From Nostoc minutum NIES-26 (lineage in GTDB: Bacteria > Cyanobacteriota > Cyanobacteriia > Cyanobacteriales > Nostocaceae): DNA of 32,000 bases. Position numbers and translations under genes: made by a program. The notes beneath the pieces were generated by a model. It was not told the DNA's origin. It saw only the letters and a program-made list of their open reading frames with translations, and did not search any database. Shown here piece after piece: positions 26,180-32,000 of the stretch; the first letter of the stretch is position 1; the number at the start of each line of letters is the position of its first letter. The stretch lies in contig LXQD01000205.1 of the NCBI GenBank assembly GCA_003326215.1, forward strand, positions 1-32,000. Reading direction: 5' to 3'.

Positions 26180-28699
26180 CTACTTAAGCGGTACAAACTC
26201 ATATTCATCAGCACCAAGTTTTCGTTGAACTTTGACTAAGAAGATGGGATTATTTGTGCGATCGCCTGATGGTAAAAATTGAATCTTTCCCGTGGCACCA
26301 TCGACTGAAAAACTTGAACTGTGCAGCACCCTTTGCAATTCATCGCGCCTGTTAGTTTGCTCCAAACCTTTGACTATTGCTAAAGTTGCATCATAAGCTG
26401 TAGCTGTTCGCCAATTCACAGTTGCACCCCAAAGTCTCTGAGCGTTTTGCACAAAGATGTTATTTGGAAATGCTGCGGGATACCAAGGTGCAGAGATGAT
26501 CAGTCCGTCGATACCTCTACCTTCCTTTAAGGTTTCGTCAGTGAAAAGTGTCGGACTACCAAATACAGTCAACTGTCCTTGATTAGATTGTGCTACCGCT
26601 AGACCTTGCTTGATTTTGTCTATATAAAGACCTAACACCAATCCATTAGCACCGCTACCTACAGCTTGAGAAATGACAGCACTAGGGTTAAAGTCACGGG
26701 CAGAAATATCGCACTCTGTAGAATTAATCTGACCGCCAGCAGCCTTTATTGCTCTGACAAACTCACTGTTAAACGATTGATTATCTATCCCTTGGTAATC
26801 AACACAGATCAGAAAATTGGTTTTGCCCGCTTTTTTAATGGCGTAATTAGAGACGCTATCTGCTATGGATTTAACACTAGGAGCAGTGCGAAAAATATAG
26901 TTGCCAATACTGGTAAGGTTTTGGGCATAACTAGTAGGAGATATCATTACTAACCCGTCTTTTTGATAGACTGGGGCTGCGGAGAGGGAAGCATTACTAG
27001 AATTATGTCCCACGACAGCCAAAATGTGAGTATCTATGACAAACTCAGTGGCAAGCTGTGCGGCTTTGCTTGGGTTATTGCTATCATTAGCGATCGCTAC
27101 CTCCAAAGCTTTGCCTTTAATACCACCATTGTTATTTATTTCATCTTGGGCTTGAGCTACACCGCGTAACATCTCTTGTGCTACGTTTCGGTTAGTGCCA
27201 ATGGGTACGCTCACAGCAATTTTAAGCCGCTCTCCTTGCTGACGAGCTTTAGTATTATTCAGGTAAATCAAGGCTTCTGGATCTCTGAGGTTAGCTATTC
27301 GATATGAATCAAATTTATTAATAGCAGTCTGACAATCACCATTTAAAAATGCCCTAGATCCAGCTTCTTTATCTGAGTTCGTATCTTGTTTATCTAAAAT
27401 TTCTTCGCCCAGGCTAATGTTGTCATTCAAACTATAAGTCTCTTTACCACAAGAATTTAGTGCAGGCGCAACTACAGTTGTAGACGAATTTTTGGTTAGA
27501 AAATAGACTACAGTACCACCAATCACTACTCCAATTATTCCGATAATGAACGCTCCCATGTAGTTTAAATAATTGCTATTGCGGGAGTATGTAGAATTGA
27601 CATCTACTGGAGATGTGGTGACTTTTTGTTCCGTAATTATCGGAGCTTCAATTAAGGCTATATCTTCATCTCTTAGTCCTAACACTTGCTGAAGACGTTT
27701 TAAATTAGCGCGAGTTCTATCACTGAGCGGAACCTCATTTTCAATCTCCTTACGTAATGCTTGCTCATATCGCTGCAATTTTTTCTTGTAAACTTCAATA
27801 GGTGCTAAAACTTCAGTTTCAATTGCAGCAGCCTCCTCAGGTGCTAGTTCTAGCCCATCTTGTAGCCCGTCCAATGCCGCGCGACCAATAAAAGAAATCT
27901 CACCGTTACCACCCTCTACCCAATACTCAACTTCTCGACGATATTTGAGCTTAGGGTCATCGGTAGGTGCTTTGGCAAGCTTGATTTTATAACCTCCTTT
28001 GACAGGATATATCTCTGGTTTCATTGCTGGAGCAGCTTCTTGTACCTTCTTGGCAGCATAATCATGCAATTCATCAACCGAAATCCAACCATCTTCATCC
28101 CAATCTGCTGCACCAGTCTCCAGCCCTTCAACTATGTAGCGCGTGTAAGTTGAGGTATCTGCTCCTTGTTGTTCAAAAGAATACTGGGTTGAAGTACTAG
28201 ATGTGAGAACAGCCCGTCCTTCACCACCTAATTGGTTCTTGACATCTACAAAACCATCATCTCTTGCTAACATACCCTCGGCAAACGCACCACTAAAGCA
28301 ACAATCAAGAATCACTACTTGATGCTTAGAGCGGCTAGTAGTCATGAACCTATGCACAGAACTAGCTGCTACTGCGGTTGTCTCAACAAGTCTCCCCTGT
28401 AAATTTTTGCGGGTGTTGCAAGTAGCAAAGTAAAGCTTACCGCTCTCATCTTTAATGCCATGACCAGAGAAAAATAACAGCAAGAGGTCATCTTTTTGAC
28501 GACCATCAAACAAGGTTTCAATGGCTTCCTCCATTGCTTGTCGTTGAGGATTTACCAGTACTTTTACCTCATCAAAACCGCCAATCTCGGAGTTTTGCAA
28601 AACTCGCTGCATTGCTTCAACATCTTTTGCTGCCGCTGGCAATGGGGTTAGATTAGACTCATACTCGCTTATCCCAATTAGCAGTGCTACTTTCGCCAT
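26180..28699 (-). CDS. caspase (peptidase C14) - helical linker - single TM helix - type-1 periplasmic binding protein (LivK/ANF-receptor-like) fusion
   Basis: 839 aa. The His-Cys dyad contexts are FFSGHGIKD and VILDCCFSGAF. The TM helix is MGAFIIGIIGVVIGGTVVYFL. The C-terminal part of about 400 aa has PBP1 hallmarks (KIAVSVPIGTN, LAVVGHNSSNAS, FRTAPS, WRTATAYDA). Confidence 0.9.
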   Translation of the reverse strand: MAKVALLIGISEYESNLTPLPAAAKDVEAMQRVLQNSEIGGFDEVKVLVNPQRQAMEEAIETLFDGRQKDDLLLLFFSGHGIKDESGKLYFATCNTRKNLQGRLVETTAVAASSVHRFMTTSRSKHQVVILDCCFSGAFAEGMLARDDGFVDVKNQLGGEGRAVLTSSTSTQYSFEQQGADTSTYTRYIVEGLETGAADWDEDGWISVDELHDYAAKKVQEAAPAMKPEIYPVKGGYKIKLAKAPTDDPKLKYRREVEYWVEGGNGEISFIGRAALDGLQDGLELAPEEAAAIETEVLAPIEVYKKKLQRYEQALRKEIENEVPLSDRTRANLKRLQQVLGLRDEDIALIEAPIITEQKVTTSPVDVNSTYSRNSNYLNYMGAFIIGIIGVVIGGTVVYFLTKNSSTTVVAPALNSCGKETYSLNDNISLGEEILDKQDTNSDKEAGSRAFLNGDCQTAINKFDSYRIANLRDPEALIYLNNTKARQQGERLKIAVSVPIGTNRNVAQEMLRGVAQAQDEINNNGGIKGKALEVAIANDSNNPSKAAQLATEFVIDTHILAVVGHNSSNASLSAAPVYQKDGLVMISPTSYAQNLTSIGNYIFRTAPSVKSIADSVSNYAIKKAGKTNFLICVDYQGIDNQSFNSEFVRAIKAAGGQINSTECDISARDFNPSAVISQAVGSGANGLVLGLYIDKIKQGLAVAQSNQGQLTVFGSPTLFTDETLKEGRGIDGLIISAPWYPAAFPNNIFVQNAQRLWGATVNWRTATAYDATLAIVKGLEQTNRRDELQRVLHSSSFSVDGATGKIQFLPSGDRTNNPIFLVKVQRKLGADEYEFVPLK

Positions 28700-28728
28700 C
28701 TGGCTATTCTTCCTTGCTGATAAATTTC

Positions 28729-29106
28729 TCAGTTGCCTGCAATAAACTTTTGAGCTTCTTCAATGGCGGCGGTTAACTCTTCGCGACTGCTAGCTTTGAC
28801 TTTAAGCTTCTTACCATTAGCTTCAACTTCTAATTCAATTGGTTTATTACCCAAGCGATCGCCCAAAAATCCCAGCAATTTCTTAAAATTGGCAAGGCTC
28901 ACCTCAGCTTGCAACACTCCCAGCAGAAAACCTCCAAAAGCTTTCGATCCTTCAGGTGTTTCTGTAACTGCTACAAGTTCAGCACTTTCTACATCTAAGT
29001 CTTGTATTTCCCGCAACAGATTTCGCGTTTGCTGCTCTTGTTCCTCTGGATCTAAGTCTGGATTAGTAAGAGCGATCGTTAGTTTGACGTTAGATTCAGA
29101 ACTCAT
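28729..29106 (-). CDS. small acidic protein resembling the effector-associated constant component EACC1
   Basis: 125 aa, ending 29 nt upstream of the caspase ATG, with AAGGAAG in between. The C-terminal pattern GGFLLGVLQAEVSLANFKKLLGFLGDRL...IELEVEANGKKLKVKASSREEL resembles EACC1 as I recall it (not searched). Confidence 0.6.
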   Translation of the reverse strand: MSSESNVKLTIALTNPDLDPEEQEQQTRNLLREIQDLDVESAELVAVTETPEGSKAFGGFLLGVLQAEVSLANFKKLLGFLGDRLGNKPIELEVEANGKKLKVKASSREELTAAIEEAQKFIAGN

Positions 29107-29272
29107 TTTGTACCCTTTTAGGTTTTCTAGCAGTTGACAGTCAATAGCATTTCCGTGATATCTCTATTGACATCATACTCGCTATGTAATATTCCCTAAA
29201 TTTTTTTAAGATTTTTACAGAAATTTATAAAGTTTAAGTAAAAATATGTAGAGAGACAAGCGATCGCTTTTG

Positions 29273-30055
29273 TTAACTCGAAGCACTGGTATAAAACCGC
29301 AAGGCAAACCGCCAAAACCAGGTAGAAATGAAAAATAGCACGACTGCTAACACCCCCGCACCTATCAACCAAGTCATTTCACCTCGTCCCAGGACGATCT
29401 CTGCTGGTACAGTAGTTAAAAAGGTCACTGGCACTACAAAGGTGAAGAAGAAGCGGTAAGCTGTGGGGTATGCTGCGATCGGATATCTTCCAGCTTCTAA
29501 TAAACCTCGTAGCACTTCTGTGGCGTTGTATATTTTCACAAACCAAATGCTAGTTGCTCCCAGCATAAACCACAGGCTGTAAAGAATCACCAAGCCGAAG
29601 AACAACGGCACTACACCAATAAGATAGTTACTGATTTCTAAGCCGAGGCGTTTACCTGCGTAGCCAATTATGAAACTGCCAAAAACTAAATCTGGCAGTC
29701 CCCAAGGAGAAAGGGTATGAGTAGAAAGCCAAAACTGACTGCGGATAGGTTTAAGTAGCACAAAATCTAAAGTACCTACCTGGACATGACTGACAATTCG
29801 ATTGAGATTTGGAGCCAGAAAGGTAGCAGAAAAGCCTTGTAGCAAAGTAAACACTCCCACAACAATCAAAGCTGCTTCCCATGACCAGCCGGCAAAGGTA
29901 TAACCCGTGCGGTAAAACAAGAACAGTCCAAACAGACTGCCTCCAAGATTGCCTAAGCTGCTGAGGGCAGCTATGAGAAAGTTGAGGCGATACTCCATCT
30001 CCGCTGCTATGGAGGTACTCCAAAATAACCTTAATACTTTCCAATATCTTTGCAT
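29273..30055 (-). CDS. ABC-2 family transporter permease (DUF990-like)
   Basis: 260 aa with six hydrophobic segments. The N-terminus MQRYWKVLRLFWSTSIAAEMEYRLNF is typical of this permease family. No ATPase or second permease gene is adjacent. Confidence 0.7.
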   Translation of the reverse strand: MQRYWKVLRLFWSTSIAAEMEYRLNFLIAALSSLGNLGGSLFGLFLFYRTGYTFAGWSWEAALIVVGVFTLLQGFSATFLAPNLNRIVSHVQVGTLDFVLLKPIRSQFWLSTHTLSPWGLPDLVFGSFIIGYAGKRLGLEISNYLIGVVPLFFGLVILYSLWFMLGATSIWFVKIYNATEVLRGLLEAGRYPIAAYPTAYRFFFTFVVPVTFLTTVPAEIVLGRGEMTWLIGAGVLAVVLFFISTWFWRFALRFYTSASS

Positions 30056-30213
30056 TTTGCACCCGTAATAGAGACTGGGGACTGGTGACTGGGAAAACCT
30101 TTCCTAATACTCCATACTAAATAAATTCATCTAAACTTAATAATATTAATCATTTGGAAAAATTGCTGAACGTTAAGATGTTGGATGCATATTGTTTAAT
30201 AATGTGAGATTTT

Positions 30214-30819
30214 ATGCATTTTGACTTACCACAGTTGATTAAATCACTAGGCTACTTTGGAGTATGGGCAATTATATTTGCTGAATCAGGCTTATTAATT
30301 GGTTTTTTTCTACCAGGAGATAGTTTACTATTCACTGCTGGATTTATCGCCTCTCAGAATTTCTTAAATATTTGGATTCTGATGATTGGTGCTTTTATTT
30401 GTGCATTCCTAGGTGATAATGTCGGCTATACTACTGGTCACAAATTTGGTAGAAGATTATTTCAAAAAGAAGATTCGTGGTTATTTCATAGAAAACATGT
30501 TGTTAAAACTCAACAGTTTTATCAACAGCATGGTAAAAAAACTATTGTTTTAGCAAGATTTGTGCCGATAGTCCGGACTTTTGCACCGATTGTAGCTGGA
30601 CTTGGTGCTATGCATTACCGAACATTTCTATTTTATAACTTAATAGGCGGCTTTGCTTGGACATTTGGACTTACCCTCTTAGGTTATTTCTTAGGAAAAT
30701 CTCTGCCAGCCGAACAAGTAGATAAGTATTTGTTACCCATTATTGGATTAATTATTGTAGTGTCTTTACTACCATCGATTATTCATTTAATTCAAGAATA
30801 TAGAGGCAATAAAAAATAG
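30214..30819 (+). CDS. DedA / VTT-domain membrane protein
   Basis: 201 aa, with [32 protein letters not shown], and [16 protein letters not shown], matching the DedA signature. Confidence 0.9.
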   Translation: MHFDLPQLIKSLGYFGVWAIIFAESGLLIGFFLPGDSLLFTAGFIASQNFLNIWILMIGAFICAFLGDNVGYTTGHKFGRRLFQKEDSWLFHRKHVVKTQQFYQQHGKKTIVLARFVPIVRTFAPIVAGLGAMHYRTFLFYNLIGGFAWTFGLTLLGYFLGKSLPAEQVDKYLLPIIGLIIVVSLLPSIIHLIQEYRGNKK

Positions 30820-30820
30820 G

Positions 30821-30927
30821 AGGCAGAAGGCAGAAGGCAGATGGCAGAAGGCAGGAGGCAGGAGGCAGGAGGCAGAAGGCAGGAGGCAGATGGCAGGAGG
30901 CAGATGGCAGAAGGCAGATGGCAGAAG
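30821..30927. repeat. heptanucleotide tandem repeat (STRR-like), about 15 copies of WGGCAGR
   Basis: Units counted directly from 30821 (AGGCAGA / TGGCAGA / AGGCAGG). It starts immediately after the DedA stop codon. Confidence 0.95.
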
Positions 30928-31108
30928 TGAAGAATTATCTCCCTTGTCCCTCCGTTCGCGTAGCGTCGACCATAAGAGAAGTTCGCCCGGAGGGAGACCA
31001 CGCCACTTGCTACCCTGCGGGAACGCGCTTGAGCGAACAAGTCGGCAAAGCCGCCCAACGCAGTGGCTCCTCCTTGCGACTTCTCTCCTTGTCTCCCTTG
31101 TCCCTCTA
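30928..31108. repeat. small-dispersed-repeat-like composite element flanked by CTCCCTTGTCCCTC motifs
   Basis: TCTCCCTTGTCCCTCC occurs at about 30936-30951 and TCTCCTTGTCTCCCTTGTCCCTC at about 31083-31105. The internal pieces are homologous to the inserts in lysC and the response regulator. Confidence 0.65.
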
Positions 31109-32000
31109 TTTTCTCGTGCAGATCGAGCGATCGCTCTCCTCTACGGCTATATTAGTTTTCAAGTAATCTTGCACAAGAGCGCAACCATAAGCCAGTGGGT
31201 CTAGCTTGAGAATTCGCTGCAAATTCCACAGAATGAGTCTGTTATCATCACCCCCTGAGACCAGCAAAGTCCCGTCAGGGCTGATAGCAATTTGCCTAAT
31301 CGCTGCGGTATGTCCTTGAAGAGTCGTTAATTCCGTACCATCAAGCTGCCAAAGTTTGATGCTAGCATCCACGCTACCAGAAGCTAGTATTTTTCCATCA
31401 GGAGTAAATGCAACTCCCCAAATCGCAGCTGTGTGACCTTTGAAAGTTTTCAGCAATTTCCCATCCAGCGTCCACAACTTCACTGTATTGTCGCTACTTC
31501 CAGTAGCTACCATTTTACTGTCAGGGCTAAAAGCAACTCTCCATACTGCCGCTGAGTGTCCTACAAGGGTTTTGAACAACTTGCCCTCAAGCGTCCACAG
31601 CTTAACAGTACCATCACCACTGGCTGAGCCAACCAGCCGACTATCCGGACTAAATACGACATGCCAAACTTCCGCCTGATGGCCTTTGAGAATCTGCGGT
31701 GCAGGACGATTACTTTGCCATATCTGAGCAATCTTGTCAACATTTGCTATTGCGATCGTTTGACCGTCGGGACTCAATACTGCTGCTAAGAGCTTACTCT
31801 GAGAACCTTTATAAGTAGCAACCAAAGTGCCGTCTGGCTTCTTGAGTTTTACAATATCATTATCAGCGGCAAGAGCAATTAACTTACCATCTTTACTAAA
31901 TGAAACCTCGAAGACTATGCGCCCAGGTTCAGTTAAAGCTTTGAGCAACTTGCCTTGGCGATTCCAAAGTTTAGCAGTGTTTTCGTGGCCGGCTGTAGCG
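31106..32000 (-). CDS. WD40-repeat protein, C-terminal part (the gene continues beyond the window)
   Basis: Repeats follow the pattern [39 protein letters not shown]. The frame stays open upstream of the track start (TTG 31948) to the window edge and still reads as a WD repeat (…[15 protein letters not shown]…). Confidence 0.9.
   Translation of the reverse strand, partial: ATAGHENTAKLWNRQGKLLKALTEPGRIVFEVSFSKDGKLIALAADNDIVKLKKPDGTLVATYKGSQSKLLAAVLSPDGQTIAIANVDKIAQIWQSNRPAPQILKGHQAEVWHVVFSPDSRLVGSASGDGTVKLWTLEGKLFKTLVGHSAAVWRVAFSPDSKMVATGSSDNTVKLWTLDGKLLKTFKGHTAAIWGVAFTPDGKILASGSVDASIKLWQLDGTELTTLQGHTAAIRQIAISPDGTLLVSGGDDNRLILWNLQRILKLDPLAYGCALVQDYLKTNIAVEESDRSICTRK

Noticed and set aside
29107-29272. 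A promoter call upstream of the EACC1-like gene (TTGACT and TTGACA hexamers and a TTGACAGTCAA palindrome)
   Set aside because: Spacing to any acceptable -10 hexamer is poor on either strand, so I could not support a specific promoter.
30792-31204. ORFs 30792..31058 (-), 30890..31204 (+) and 30918..31166 (+)
   Set aside because: They are composed of heptamer and dispersed-repeat sequence (e.g. the repeated LPSA/CLLP translation). I take them as artefacts of repeat periodicity.
1-32000. tRNA, rRNA or other canonical RNA genes
   Set aside because: Scanning for T-loop-like GGTTCGAATCC-type motifs and rRNA-like conserved blocks found only a chance GGTTCGATCG inside the permease CDS (about 2121). 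No RNA gene can be supported.

Overview
This looks like chromosomal DNA from a filamentous, Nostocales-type cyanobacterium. The HIP1 octamer GCGATCGC is scattered throughout (e.g. 6847-6854, 7050-7057, overlapping pair 8395-8408). Heptamer tandem repeats and nested small dispersed repeats occur in intergenic DNA and also inside genes. Clear housekeeping genes are lysC (9124-11109), trmFO (11192-12526), a DedA protein (30214-30819) and a permease (1782-3761). They are interleaved with accessory or conflict-type modules: (i) an NB-ARC + TPR STAND NTPase whose N-terminal helical module is cut off by one in-frame TGA (4022-6805); (ii) toxin-antitoxin-like cassettes each preceded by the same 33-nt element, plus a 21-nt tandem array (6857-8235); (iii) two Uma2-family genes; (iv) an ~840-bp inverted duplication carrying two double-glycine-leader peptide genes with identical leaders and diverged cores (12898-15147), next to a REC-wHTH-HPt-REC-REC-degenerate-GGDEF regulator (15595-18009); (v) a decayed variable region (18.4-26 kb) holding a cytokinin-oxidase-like gene fragment, a frameshifted small gene, a tightly coupled operon of unknown small genes, and an N6-adenine methyltransferase fused to a BsuBI/PstI-type endonuclease N-domain but lacking the nuclease domain; (vi) an EACC1-like small gene plus a caspase-TM-periplasmic-binding-protein fusion (26180-29106); (vii) a partial WD40 protein at the right edge. 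My best candidates for an undescribed system are the peptide duplication with the adjacent phosphorelay regulator, the receptor-like caspase pair, and the small-gene operon. All functional calls rest on motif recognition by eye; no searches were run.
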